The notes below the pieces were generated by a model. The model saw only the letters and a list, made by a program, of their open reading frames with translations. It searched no databases and was not told the origin of the DNA. From an uncultured Verrucomicrobiae bacterium (GTDB lineage Bacteria; Verrucomicrobiota; Verrucomicrobiia; Palsa-1439): DNA of 64,000 nucleotides. The translations under genes were made by a program, and so were the position numbers. Positions within the stretch are counted from its first letter, which is position 1; every line of letters begins with the position of its first letter. The stretch covers positions 1 through 64,000 of the forward strand of contig CAWEWF010000002.1 in the NCBI GenBank assembly GCA_963812605.1. The letters run 5' to 3'. Shown piece after piece: positions 8,507 to 20,395 of the stretch.

Positions 8507-10447
8507 CTAGAAAGGGATTTCTGAAGCATCGGTCGGAGGGGGCGCAGGGGCGGCGTAGTTCTCTTCCGTCACCCCCGCCTGCTTGAGCAATCCATAGAGG
8601 GTTTCAATCGCATCACGTGATTGTCCTTCAAGGATTGCGGTCCGACGGTCGGGCCGCACTTTAGAGAACGTGAAAATCACACGTGTGATGGCACGGGAGA
8701 AGGCTACAAAAAAGGCACATGTCTCCTCCACGGGCGCCCGCCTGAATCCCCACAAGGCAGAATCTTCTAAACCGATGAATACGATCGTGTGGTATTCGAG
8801 CCCCTTGCTCTTATGAATGGTCATTATAGGCACCGAATCGCTTCCCTCGAAATCGTCTACTGCTTCGAGCCAATTGGTGGTTCGTTTGCGTGCGTCAGCG
8901 AGCCGGCGGGCGCAGTGAGTCAGGTTCTCCTCGTAGAAGTTCCCCCGACGGTATTGATGGTGATAGTTCCGGAATGCGTCTGGACCGACAAAATCCATAA
9001 TCTCAGACAGCATAGTCCGGACGGCTTGCTCCTCCGCGGGAATTGTGTCCACCATTTTGGCGAGGACGTTACAATGCGCGGCGATTGCACGTTCTGCGTT
9101 GGCTGCACGCGGGTCATCCGAGTCAACTCCTTGTGCATCAAAATATACGCTACGAGCGACGCTCCACGCATCCGGCGATCTTTCCATTAGAGCGGTTCTC
9201 AGGAAGGCCAGCAAGGTTGTGGTCAGCGGTTCGGCGAGCAGGTCTTGGAGATCATTCTCGACGCGCGATTTGACTGACTGGGCCTGCAGCGCTTCAGTGA
9301 TAGACTTCGTGTAGTGGTCGGGAGTCTGGCGAGTCAGGAGACAGATATCGCGAGGGCGCAAGCCATCTTGACGAATCCATCCGGCTACCATTTCTGCAAC
9401 GTGAGCCGCCTCTGTGTTGTGATCGGGATAAACGATGACACGGCATTCGCCTGCCTGCTCCTTCTTTTCTTCCGAATGTTCAGACATCGGCGCTGTTGGG
9501 TCGAGCGCATGAACTAAATGACACTGGATTCGTACCAACTCAGGCGCGGAACGATGGTTTATCCGCAGGAGTTCGGGGTTCGCGCCGAAGTCGTTCTTGA
9601 ATTGCTTGAGTATACCCTCAAGGGCACCGGCCCATCTCATGATGCATTGTTTGTTGTCGCCAACCGCAGTGATGACGGCTTTGGAGGCCTTGAAGGCGGT
9701 GACAGTCAGGTCGTAATGGATATTTGTGGTGTCTTGGAACTCGTCTAGGAAGACGAATGCGTACGTCGCACGGAGTGCGCGCAGAATGCATTCGTTTTGT
9801 CGGAGGATCAGTTCAGCCATCCGCCCGATCATTGGGAAATCGAGTTGTGAAGGCTGTTCGATGTGTACAAGTCGTCGCCAAAGTTCTTGGCTCGCTCCTT
9901 CAGCTATCGACGACGCAGGCAGCAGTGAAATGGGCAGTGGTGCGAAGAGAAATTGACCACGGTAGAAAGCGTAGTGACCAATTGTTGCCACTTGGGCTGG
10001 CGTCAGGTTGTTGTCGGACGACGGCAGGGTGTCGAGTAGGTACCTCATTTGCTTCGCAATATCGAAGTTAATTTGGTAATCTTGGTTCGGTCGGTAGGTA
10101 TCCGGCAAGCCGTTACGGAACCGGTCGAGAAGCCCTTTTGAAAATGCATCAAATGTCAGCGAATCGAAGCGGCGCGCCAACTCGCCGCCGCAGCGCCGTT
10201 TGACTCGCTCCCGGAGATTCCTGGCAGCGTCGCGCTTGAAGCTAATTGCCAAGATTCGGCGAGGATACGGACAGAGTCCGGTTTTTAGCAGGTAGCTGGC
10301 TCTTTGCGCAAGCAGTTCGGTTTTGCCCGCGCCTGGACCGGCCACGACAAGCGTGTTGGTTAGGTTCTTAACCGCCCTCTCGGCGGCAGGCTCAAGGCTT
10401 CGGATTCCTTCAGGCTGCCATTCCGATGGTTTAACTAATCGGCTCAT
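8507..10447 (-). CDS. gajB: UvrD-like helicase, Gabija GajB
   Basis: Motifs AGPGAGKT, LDEFQD, VGDNKQCI and MTIHKSKGLEY; overlaps the upstream OLD nuclease. Confidence 0.8.
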   Translation of the reverse strand: MSRLVKPSEWQPEGIRSLEPAAERAVKNLTNTLVVAGPGAGKTELLAQRASYLLKTGLCPYPRRILAISFKRDAARNLRERVKRRCGGELARRFDSLTFDAFSKGLLDRFRNGLPDTYRPNQDYQINFDIAKQMRYLLDTLPSSDNNLTPAQVATIGHYAFYRGQFLFAPLPISLLPASSIAEGASQELWRRLVHIEQPSQLDFPMIGRMAELILRQNECILRALRATYAFVFLDEFQDTTNIHYDLTVTAFKASKAVITAVGDNKQCIMRWAGALEGILKQFKNDFGANPELLRINHRSAPELVRIQCHLVHALDPTAPMSEHSEEKKEQAGECRVIVYPDHNTEAAHVAEMVAGWIRQDGLRPRDICLLTRQTPDHYTKSITEALQAQSVKSRVENDLQDLLAEPLTTTLLAFLRTALMERSPDAWSVARSVYFDAQGVDSDDPRAANAERAIAAHCNVLAKMVDTIPAEEQAVRTMLSEIMDFVGPDAFRNYHHQYRRGNFYEENLTHCARRLADARKRTTNWLEAVDDFEGSDSVPIMTIHKSKGLEYHTIVFIGLEDSALWGFRRAPVEETCAFFVAFSRAITRVIFTFSKVRPDRRTAILEGQSRDAIETLYGLLKQAGVTEENYAAPAPPPTDASEIPF

Positions 10448-12510
10448 CTTTGACCGGAAGTTGAGATTGAATCGCCTTGTTCAATCGAGAGAGTACTGGC
10501 GGCATGTGTTCGGCCAGATCAGTAGGTTTGAGGCGATTCAACGCTAGGAAATGGCTGGTGGGTTTGCCCTTACCCAAAAACAGGTATGAGTACCAGATGA
10601 ACTCCTGTTTCTCTTCTTTCGTGTAGGTGGCACCGTCGCCTCCGCGGTCTTTCAACACGGCGGCAATCGCCTTTTGAACTCGCTCGGCATGCTTCGCTTC
10701 CTCTTTCGGTATCTGTGGGGTACCGCCCCCAGCGGCGTGGTATTCGGACGGAAATGCACAAAGCATCAGGAAGTCGAGGTCGAGTGGTGCGGAAAAGAAT
10801 ACGCCATGTTTTTCGAGCATTTCCATCCATCCCGGAAGGGTTGTTTTATCCGTGACATCGTATTTCAGCATTTCTTCAAACGCCTTCGCATCCATTACCT
10901 TGGTTCCTCCCTTTCCGTCACTTATCGACAGAATATCCTCTCGTGGAACCCCTGCTTCCATCAATTGCTCGCAGGCGTAATGGATGCGCCCCCAGCCACC
11001 GCCGAGTCGTTCGCGGTCGAGGTCCAGTAGCGTGAGGTGAGGGATGTCGAGGCCGCGCAGAAGTTTCCAAAAGTGGTTAACGTATCGTCCGCCAAGAGGC
11101 ACGACGGAGATGAGGTTCGTGTCGATCGCGATTCCGTCAGCCGCAGCGGCGCGCGGTAACACGACTTCTTCGCTGTCACCCTCTCCCAAAACTACGAGTC
11201 GGGCAAAGTAGAGTTCCTGGGTATGCCCTGACGGCTTCTTTCACGTATTTAAATGCCTCATCGGCACTGGCAGGAAGGGCGATTTCCTTTACCTGGGTCG
11301 CAAGCGATTCGGTGTCTAGGCGCAAGTACCGAACGCGCTCCGGATCTAGCCGGGACATTATGGCGGGAGAGTGACTTGTAAGAACGACTTGTCCCGAGCT
11401 GGAGTTCGCGATGGTCTGTAGAAGTTCAATGATTCTCCCGAGGTAATGGGGAGCAAGGTGGTTCTCGGGTTCTTCAATTGCGAACAAGGTGAGGGCGGGC
11501 GGCCGGAGCCGATCCACCGAGAACGCCGCTAGCGGGTCGGGGTCTAGGGCGTTAATCTTGGCATTGTCTTGTCCTGCTTCGCTCGCTGATGCGAGTTGCT
11601 TCTCTTTGACTGCCTCTTCGATTTGGAATACCGAAGCGACGAGAGAAAAATAGAAGAGGGATTTCAGCCCCTCACTCAATCGCTCAATCGGGTGCTCCCG
11701 CCCATCGCCACCGGGGCTGAATACCGCTTCGACGTGTCTCAGCAGTTCCTCCAAGGCACCGCCCACGGGTTGGAACGCGACATTCTTGAATGCGGGCATG
11801 TCGTGGAGTTTGCGCCACGCCGTTCCTAGACATTCGTGCAAGTAGCGAATGGATTCCTCGTGGCTCACCGATTCCCGGATTGATTGCGCGGAGTCTTTGA
11901 CGGACAGTTTCACGGCTTCCGACCATTCGATTGCGTAGAGAAGACGGTATACCAACGAGCCGGAAGCCTGGGATAATTGTTTGGATGCGTCCCTGAACGC
12001 CGGCACATATAGCACGTGAATCATGCTCCGTTCATATGCCTGCATCGGACGTTTATGCTCTTCCTTGACGTCGTCGGACTCCGTCGTGATCCAGTACGCG
12101 TTATCATCAACGTCCCCACCTGGAAGGTTGCTTCGTGTCCAGGCGCCTTCCAATCGAACACGACAGAATAGTTTGCCATTTTCCCCTAGAACCATGTGGT
12201 TGAAGCAGGGGGGGATAGCCGCTCCTTCGGCGGCAGGAACCGCCAACTCAGGAAACTCGAACCGTGCCTCAATTATGAGATCGATTTGGTCTATCGTGTC
12301 GGGGTCGGCGTTGTGGGGAATGTGAAAGTCTTCCGGTTGGAGGCGGCGATCGCCTTGCGATATGCCGAATAATCTGGCGAGTGCCAGAAGGACGGTGGTC
12401 TTTCCGGAACCGTTCGCACCTATGAGTGCCGTGAGGTCGTCGAAAGCGATGGTTCCTGGCTCCGCACCGAAGCAGCGAAAGTTCTTCAAGGTCAATTGGG
12501 TAATTCTCAT
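10431..12510 (-). CDS. gajA: OLD-family ABC-ATPase/TOPRIM nuclease, Gabija GajA (frameshift near 11218)
   Basis: MRITQLTLKNFRCF, GANGSGKT, IEEPENHL and LTSHSP; the second frame has the TOPRIM motifs GEGDSE and LLDLD. Confidence 0.8.
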
Positions 12511-12719
12511 GGCGCTAGTTTCCGTGGCCTTTCCGTTCCACCGTCGCTCGGAAAAACGAGGAATAATGGCGTTGGCCCATGCGCGAGCCGAGACTCGCTT
12601 GCTTTGGTATATGCCTGGCTCCGGGCAGTGCATTGCCTTTGACTCGGGCTCGTTTCGGGAGTCCGTTCGGATTCGTCTGTCTTCGCATCTGTGTCTATCA
12701 ATACCATACGTCATGCGGC

Positions 12720-12748
12720 TTGACAAGTAGATTTAACCCGTGTTAAAT
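12720..12748 (+). promoter_or_regulatory. Sigma70-like promoter with overlapping inverted repeat
   Basis: TTGACA (12720-12725), N17, TTAAAT; palindrome ATTTAAC-CCGT-GTTAAAT at 12731-12748. Confidence 0.6.
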
Positions 12749-12761
12749 GTGGTGCATACAA

Positions 12762-15700
12762 ATGACAAACGTGCCAAACAATTATGCGGAGATCGTGCGG
12801 GCCAGAAGGCTGGCGAGGGGTTGGACGCAGACAGAACTTGCGGAACGGCTTGGCATGACGAACGTCACAATTTCCCGATGGGAGAAAGGGCGAGTCGAGC
12901 CGTCACCCACTTTTTGGGAAAAGTTCCTGGATGTCGCCGGTGAGCGGAAAAAGGGAGATGCACACCTGCGCAAGGCCGGCCTACCTCAAACGGTGGATTT
13001 CATGGGTGACGGGTTGGCCGTCCGGGCGATGGTGGAAGGCGAACGGCTGGCGTTCGGGCATCTGGCAAATCCGGCGTTCGCCACGGAAGTTTCCAAGATT
13101 GATCCCCTGCCACACCAGCGGATTGCGGTTTATGAGCACATGCTCAAGCAGCCACGCCTCCGCTTCCTGCTGGCCGACGACGCAGGCGCCGGCAAGACCA
13201 TTATGACGGGGCTTTATATCCGCGAAATGCTCGCCCGTCGTTTAATCCGGCGCATTCTCATCGTGCCGCCGGCGGGGTTGGTCGGCAACTGGCAGAACGA
13301 ATTGCGAGAATTGTTCGGTATGGAATTTGTGATCGTCACGGGTGCTGATCTCATCGCGCGCAACAGCAATCCCTTTTCCACCGGACCGCATTGCGACCGA
13401 GTGATCTGCTCTGTGGACACGTTGCGAGGCGAGCGGGCGTTCCTGCGGCTGGCGGAAGCCGGGGTATCGCCTTACGATCTCGTGGTGTTCGACGAAGCGC
13501 ACAAACTTTCTGCGCGGCAGGATGCGGACATGACGATCCGGCGCTCGGCGCGGTATGAGTTGGCAGAGGCACTGGCAGGCGTCGCGAATCGCAAGACCGA
13601 ATGGAATCTCGGCTGGAGCGCGCGGCATCTGCTGCTGCTGACGGCGACGCCGCACATGGGCAAGGATTACCCGTTCTTTGCGCTGTGGAAACTGCTCGAC
13701 CCGCAAACCTTCAGCACCATTGATGCGTTCCAAGCGATGCCGCGTGAAAGCCGCGAACGCTTTTTCATCCGGCGCACGAAGGAGGAAATGGTGACGTTCG
13801 AGGGGAAGCCGCTTTATCCCCGGCGCACGACGGACACTTTTTCTTACGATCTGACACAAGGGCTGGTGAGTGAGCAGGCGCTTTACGACCAGACGACGGA
13901 TTATTTGCGCTTCATCTACAACCGGGCGAAAATGCTGAACAAGACAGCGGCGCAACTGGCGCTGGGCGTTTTCCAGCGGCGCATGGCGAGTTCAACCTAC
14001 GCTCTGCTGCGTTCATTGGAGCGTCGATTGGAACGGCTGGAAGGCGTGATTCAGGACGTGGTTGCCGGGCGTATTGATTTGGTGAAACTCGCCAAGCAGG
14101 CGGAGCGGCTGCGCGACGATGACGATCCATTTGAAGCGCATACCGCCGATGAGGAACAGGAACGCGACGGCGAAGAAGAGAATGAGCGTTCCGAGGCGGA
14201 AATTCTCGGTAGCTTCGTCGCGACCACCATCGCCGACCTGGAAATCGAAAAAGATTATGTCGCGAAATTGCTGGTGCTGGCGCGCAAGGTACAAGAGCTG
14301 GGTCACGAATCAAAATTTGAGCGACTGCGAGCCATCATCGAGGACAAACGGTTTCGCAATGAAAAGCTGCTGGTGTTCACCGAACACCGGGACACGATGA
14401 CGTATCTCAAGAGCCGGCTGGACGGATTGGGCTTCACCGGTCAGGTCGCCAGCATCCACGGCGGCATGAATTACGTCGAACGTGGCGAGCAGGTTGCGTT
14501 TTTCAAAAAACCCATCGAAGAAGGCGGCGCGCGCCTCATGGTCTGCACGGATGCGGCCGGCGAAGGCATTAACCTGCAATTCTGCTGGGTGATGGCGAAT
14601 TATGACGTGCCATGGAATCCAGCGCGGCTGGAGCAACGCATGGGCCGCATTCACCGTTACGGCCAGAAGCGATCGGAAGTTTTCATCATCAACCTGATTG
14701 CGGGCAAAACCTGCGAGGGCAAAGTCGTCAAAATCCTACTGGATAAATTGGAGACCATCCGCAAGGAACTGAAATCCGAGAAGGTGTTTGATGTCATTGG
14801 CCGCATTTTCGAGGGCAAGAGCATCACCGATTACATGCGCCGGTCGCTGGAAGGCGAGGACATGGAGCAACTTGCGCTCGACCTGGGTGGGCAACTAACG
14901 AAGGAACAAGTCGCGGCCATCGCCGAACGCGAACGACGGCTTTACGGCGACGGCGGTGACGTGGCGCGACAACTGCCGGCGCTGAAAGAAAAGATGGCGA
15001 CGGAAGTTTATTCGCAACTGCTGCCGGGTTATGTGCGGCAGTTTGTCCAGGATGCGACGCCGTTGCTGCATCTGCGCCTGTCGCCGCTGGAAGAAAACCG
15101 TTTCCGGCTGATACCAACACGGCCACGGGCACTTGATCCGCTTCTGCCGATGCTGGAGGCCAAAAGCGGCGACTATTTCGACATCACGTTTTCACGCCCG
15201 GAACGCGGCGTGGACGGGCCGGTATGGATTCATCCTGGCGAGCCGGTTTTCGACCAACTCCGAGACTTGGTGAATTTTGCGGCAATGCCGCAGGCCATGC
15301 GCGGCGCGGTGGTGGTTGACCCGTCCTCGACCCATTCTTATTTGCTGCACCTGGCGTCCGTGACGATTTTACGACGGGCTGATCCCTCGCTGGCGGCTTT
15401 GAAGGGCGACGAAGTGCTGGAACAATCCCTTGTGGCCGTGCGGCAGCATGAGGACGGAACGATGACGGTGCGACCAATCGAGGAATTTCTTTTGCTTGAG
15501 CCGCGGACGGGCGGGCTGCCGCTGGACGCGCAACGGCTGGCGGTGTCGGCACAAGGCCGCATCGAGGAAGCGCGGGCTTTCATGGTGGCGACGGTGGCAA
15601 AGGAGTTCGCGCAGAAACATCGCGACCGGTTGAACGCGGACCTCGCCTCGCGCATTGAATTCTTGCGACAGGGCTTTTTCTACGAGCAAAAAGAACTTGT

Positions 15701-16328
15701 CCAGGCGCGGACGGTTTGGAGCAAGCGGCGGAACGAGGGTCATCCCTCGGCGGAACGTGAAGTTGCCCGCATTCGCGATTTACAGCGGGCATGGGAAGCG
15801 CGGTCGCAAGACGCGGAGCAAACGGCATTACGCGAGCCGGCGCTCATCGGCGTCGGGCCGGTGGAATTTCTGGCGCATGTGCTGGTGCGCCCGGCCGCAA
15901 GCGACGAAGAGAGTATGCGCTATGACGCCGAAGTGGAGCGCATCGCAATGGAACTGGTCATGGCGCACGAGCGGGCGCTGGGCGCACGGGTTCACGACGT
16001 TCACACACCGGAGTTGGCCTTGCAGACGGGGCTGAACGCATCGCATCCCGGTTTTGATGCCTTGAGCCATCGACCGGATGGCGCGCGGCGGTGTATTGAG
16101 ATCAAGGGCCGTGCCCGGCAAGGGAACATCCATATCAGCACGAACGAATGGGCGGCGGCGGCCAACCGCCGTAGAGAGTATTGGCTGTACGTGGTGTTCG
16201 ACTGTGCCTCTGCGTCGCCTCGTTTGGTGGCGGTGCAAGACCCGTTCCGCAAACTGGTCGAGAAAGCCGCTGGATTTGAGCTAAATGCTGCGGATATTCT
16301 GGCCGCCGGGGAACATCTGGCGATATGA
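12762..16328 (+). CDS. XRE-HTH fused SNF2 helicase with C-terminal DUF3883-type nuclease
   Basis: N-terminal WTQTELAERLGMTNVTISRWEKG; LADDAGAGKT, DEAH, LEQRMGRIHRYGQ; C-terminal GFD...IEIKGR...NEW...YWLYVV. Confidence 0.9.
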   Translation: MTNVPNNYAEIVRARRLARGWTQTELAERLGMTNVTISRWEKGRVEPSPTFWEKFLDVAGERKKGDAHLRKAGLPQTVDFMGDGLAVRAMVEGERLAFGHLANPAFATEVSKIDPLPHQRIAVYEHMLKQPRLRFLLADDAGAGKTIMTGLYIREMLARRLIRRILIVPPAGLVGNWQNELRELFGMEFVIVTGADLIARNSNPFSTGPHCDRVICSVDTLRGERAFLRLAEAGVSPYDLVVFDEAHKLSARQDADMTIRRSARYELAEALAGVANRKTEWNLGWSARHLLLLTATPHMGKDYPFFALWKLLDPQTFSTIDAFQAMPRESRERFFIRRTKEEMVTFEGKPLYPRRTTDTFSYDLTQGLVSEQALYDQTTDYLRFIYNRAKMLNKTAAQLALGVFQRRMASSTYALLRSLERRLERLEGVIQDVVAGRIDLVKLAKQAERLRDDDDPFEAHTADEEQERDGEEENERSEAEILGSFVATTIADLEIEKDYVAKLLVLARKVQELGHESKFERLRAIIEDKRFRNEKLLVFTEHRDTMTYLKSRLDGLGFTGQVASIHGGMNYVERGEQVAFFKKPIEEGGARLMVCTDAAGEGINLQFCWVMANYDVPWNPARLEQRMGRIHRYGQKRSEVFIINLIAGKTCEGKVVKILLDKLETIRKELKSEKVFDVIGRIFEGKSITDYMRRSLEGEDMEQLALDLGGQLTKEQVAAIAERERRLYGDGGDVARQLPALKEKMATEVYSQLLPGYVRQFVQDATPLLHLRLSPLEENRFRLIPTRPRALDPLLPMLEAKSGDYFDITFSRPERGVDGPVWIHPGEPVFDQLRDLVNFAAMPQAMRGAVVVDPSSTHSYLLHLASVTILRRADPSLAALKGDEVLEQSLVAVRQHEDGTMTVRPIEEFLLLEPRTGGLPLDAQRLAVSAQGRIEEARAFMVATVAKEFAQKHRDRLNADLASRIEFLRQGFFYEQKELVQARTVWSKRRNEGHPSAEREVARIRDLQRAWEARSQDAEQTALREPALIGVGPVEFLAHVLVRPAASDEESMRYDAEVERIAMELVMAHERALGARVHDVHTPELALQTGLNASHPGFDALSHRPDGARRCIEIKGRARQGNIHISTNEWAAAANRRREYWLYVVFDCASASPRLVAVQDPFRKLVEKAAGFELNAADILAAGEHLAI

Positions 16329-17158
16329 AACCGCTCCCTCCTTTGAACGACACGATTGGGTATGCACTCGCCCGCGTTGTCGATGACGGACAACAAACTG
16401 ACAAACGTGACCCCAGTCATTCGGACATCGAGTTTTGCATCAATAAATGGAAGCTGACTGTTGGCGATCCTAAGTCCAAAGGGATTGTTTGCGGAAAAGC
16501 CAAGCGAGTGAGGGGTGTGTTGAGTTGGGCTATCGAAAACGACTTCGATGGTGGGCGCGGTTTTGTCGCTCAGCTTGTCACGATGGTACGGAGTTGCGGC
16601 GGATTCCGGCCTGAATCTCCAAATTATGTCGGCGCGGATGCGGTGAGTAGTATCCGCGACGCGTTGGCTTCGGAGGGCTACCTGCTTTCTTCGGATGGCG
16701 AACTTCAGCCGCAAGTGCTGGACAGCCTCAACGGTGTGGAACTGACTAAAGCGTTGGAAGCCTATGTGCGCCGTGCGCAACGCGGCGCGGAGGACGCAGC
16801 GCTATTGGCTGGTACTAGCAAGGATCTGCTGGAGGCAACCGCTACGCATGTTCTACGCGAACTTTGGCCTGCTACCAATCCACCCCAGCATTTCCCGGCG
16901 CTGCTGGGGATGGCGTTTGTCGCGCTAGGACTGAAGACGCCGGAAGATAAACCGGTGAATGGTGAACCGCCTCAGCACCGACTTCATCGAGGACTTTATG
17001 AAGCCGCGTGTGCTATCAACACGCTTCGTAACAAGCAAGGTACCGGGCATGGCAGACCGTGGCCGTCATCGGTGACACCCGGCGAAGCGCGTCATGCGGT
17101 TCAAGTCATGGGCACAGTGGCCGAGTTGCTCCTGCGCACCTTGAAAGAGAAGAAATGA
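16325..17158 (+). CDS. Abortive-infection family protein (Abi_C/HEPN-like)
   Basis: C-terminal LRNKQGTGHGR (RNxxxxxH) and SKDLLEAT motifs; translationally coupled inside the operon. Confidence 0.7.
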   Translation: MKPLPPLNDTIGYALARVVDDGQQTDKRDPSHSDIEFCINKWKLTVGDPKSKGIVCGKAKRVRGVLSWAIENDFDGGRGFVAQLVTMVRSCGGFRPESPNYVGADAVSSIRDALASEGYLLSSDGELQPQVLDSLNGVELTKALEAYVRRAQRGAEDAALLAGTSKDLLEATATHVLRELWPATNPPQHFPALLGMAFVALGLKTPEDKPVNGEPPQHRLHRGLYEAACAINTLRNKQGTGHGRPWPSSVTPGEARHAVQVMGTVAELLLRTLKEKK

Positions 17159-17162
17159 TTTT

Positions 17163-20100
17163 ATGAAGGATTATCCTCGCCTCATTGAACACGCCTTTCC
17201 GTTGCGGCAGGCATCACTTGATTCTGTTCACGAGAAAACCGTGAGACATGGACACATCTCTACACTGCATATCTGGCCGGCGAGGCGTCCTCTGGCCGCA
17301 GCGCGGGCGGCATTGCTGGCAACGCTGTTGCCTGATCCGGGCACGGCGGAGGGGCGCAAGGAACTTTGTGAGACAATTGGTGGTAAGCTGACGACGGAGA
17401 CGGACAAGGAAGGCCGGGTGATGGAAATCACGGAAGGCGGCATTTTGCGTTGGAAACGTGAGATTGGAAACAAGGCGACGCTCGACTTGCTTCGGCAAGA
17501 AATTCGGAAAGCAAATGGTGGACGCGCACCAAAGGTTCTTGATCCATTCTCCGGCGGCGGCGCGATCCCTCTGGAGGCAATGAGGCTGGGGTGCGAGGTG
17601 ACTGCTGCCGATCTGAACCCGGTAGCGTGGTTCATTTTGAAATGCACGCTGGATTATCCGCACAAGATGTTAGGCCAAAAGCGGCCATTGCCGGATTTCA
17701 TTTTACGCGATCGCGCATTCATGGAGGACTTTCTCAAGGATGTCAAAGGACTCAAGGGTGCAAAGTTGCGGAAAACGCTGGATGCGTTGGGGCATCGCGC
17801 CAATGCGGGTGAACAACAGCAGGATGAGTGGGATTTTGAACAGGCTGCCGCCAATGCGGGTGTAACGCTGGATGCAGACTTGGCTTGGCAGGTTCGCGCT
17901 TGGGGGCGAAAAGTTATCCACGATTCGCGCAAAGAATTGATCCTCGTTTATCCTACTTATGCCGACTGGCAGCCGTTGGTATCGGGGAAAGCATTTGAGC
18001 CTCAGCCAATGCGGTTGGTTGAACCGGACGACAACGGTGTGGCGAACGCGGACAAGTTGAACGTGGAACTTGGTGAGGATTATTTGGAGGACAAGTTCAA
18101 TCCACGATGGGTCGTAAAACCAATGGTTGCATACCTGTGGGCGCGTACAGTGACCTGCAAGAATTGCCGAGCGACCTTGCCTCTTCTTAAAATGAGGTGG
18201 TTATGCAGGAAAGCCAACAACCGTATTCGTTTATTGTTTGAACCGAATGCTGCAAAAACAGGAGTGGAGTTTTCGATTGAACACAATGTGCCCGAGCGCG
18301 GCGGCAATGCTGCACAAAAACGCGAACATGACAAAAAGTTGGCGGTGGGCACGATGTCTCGCGCGGGGGCGCAGTGTCCATGTTGCCAAGCAATAATGAA
18401 GATGGAGGACATTCGTTATGAGGGAAAAAACGGGCGCTTGGGGGAAATGATAACGGCTGTTGTTGTGGACGCGCCTTGCGGGAAAGAATTTAGGTTGCCA
18501 ACCGATCACGAGAAGAACGTCTGTATCGTCACCGATGATGCTCTTGAAAAAGCATACAAAGACATTCCATTCGGTCTGCCTCAGCAATTGATTCAGGAGG
18601 ACGCAAAGAAAAACACATGGTGTGTCCAATATGGCGTTGACAGATTCTTCAAACTTTTCACTCGCAGGCAATTGTTGGCATTGTCATCACTCATTCGTAA
18701 CACCCGGAAGTCTTATATTTGAGCATCAGGGCTCTGACAAGCTATTTATTGAAGCAATTGAAGCCTATCTAACTTGCGGATTGAGCAGGCTGTTGGACTT
18801 TTGCAATTGTGCGACACAATGGAAATCAGACGTTCCAACAATCAATCACTCATTTGCTAGATTTGCACTTCCATTGGTTTGGGATTATTGCGAAGGAAAT
18901 CCGATTGGCGCACTTGCGGGCGGCTACCTCATGTGTTTAGACCGGGTCTGTATTGGTTTAGATTCATTCTCGGCTTGGTCTTTGGATTGTCCATCACCGA
19001 ATGTGGAAATTGCTTCTGCCACCAGCTCGAAGCATACAACATTCGACTGCATCGTCACCGATCCTCCCTACTACGATGCCATTGGTTACGCCGTTTTGAT
19101 GGACTATTTTTACGTCTGGTTAAGGCGGATGCTATCTGGGGTTACAACACAATTTGACACAGCGTTTTCGGGTGATTTGACCCCAAAGTGGGATCATCAA
19201 AGTCAAGACGGCGAACTCATTGACGATGCCTCTCGTCATGGCGGCGACAAGGATGCATCGAAGAAAGCATACGAGGATGGAATGGCACGAGCGTTTAAGG
19301 CTTGTTACGCTTCATTAACAGAAAATGGTCGCTTCGTCATTGTCTTTGCCCACAAGCATCCCGACGCTTGGGAAACGCTGGTGTCGGCAATCATTCGCGC
19401 AGGATTTGTGGTGGATGGTTCTTGGCCTATTCAAACCGAACAAGAATCCCGCATGAGAGCGATTTCGTCTGCTGCCTTGGCTTCCTCTGTCTGGCTGGTT
19501 TGTCGCAAACGCAATCCGTTGGCAAAAGTTGGTTGGGACAATCGTGTGATGGCCGAAATGCGCGAGAATATCGCGGTGCAGTTGCGCGAATTCTGGGACG
19601 CTGGAATTAAAGGGCCGGACTTTGTTTGGGCGGCAACCGGCCCGGCAATGGAGGCTTACAGCAAGTATCCGGCGGTGAAAAAAGCTAACAGTCCGACGGG
19701 AGAGTTTTTGTCCGTGAAGGAATTTCTCGGCACAGTGCGGCGGTTAGTCATCGAGTTTGTTGTGGGCCGGGTGCTGCACATCGAATCCGGCACTGAACGG
19801 CTCGACCCGGTCACCAGTTATTATCTGCTGCATCGAAATGATTTTGGTTTTGAAAAGGCGCCCGCCGGCGCGTGCATCCTGTATGCGGTGAGTTGTGGCC
19901 TCTCGGATGCAGAACTCGAACGCACCTGGAACTTGGTCAAGGTGAAGGGCAGCGTCGTGCCCGAACCCGAAGAAGTGGAAGAAGAAGCCGGTGAGGAGGA
20001 AGGCGAACCGACGGAAGAAGCGAGCGGTGGCGAATTTATTCTGCGGACGTGGAAAGAGCGGAAGGAAAGGCGGATGGGCTTTGAATCCGTGGGCGGTCGC

Positions 20101-20364
20101 GAAATACCGTTGATTGACCGGGTTCACCGTCTCATGCACCTGTGGCGCGACGGCGACGTGCGCAAGGTGGATGAATATCTCGACGAATACGTACTACGGG
20201 GGAACGAGCTGTTCTTGCGGCTGATCCAGTCTTTGATTGAGGTCTCGCGAAATGAAAAGGCGACGGAAGAATGTACGTTGCTGGAAAGTTTAAGCAACCA
20301 CCTCGGCGCGAAGGCGGCAATGGCCGACACGACACGTTCGCTTGGATTGGACGTGGAGACCTAA
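17163..20364 (+). CDS. DUF1156 adenine-specific DNA methyltransferase (frameshift near 18715)
   Basis: STLHIWPARRPLAAAR, VLDPFSGGGAIPLEA, zinc ribbon CKNC/CPCC and catalytic TDPPYY. Confidence 0.85.
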
Positions 20365-20395
20365 ATTTAGCACACTGATACAACAGGAAAACATT

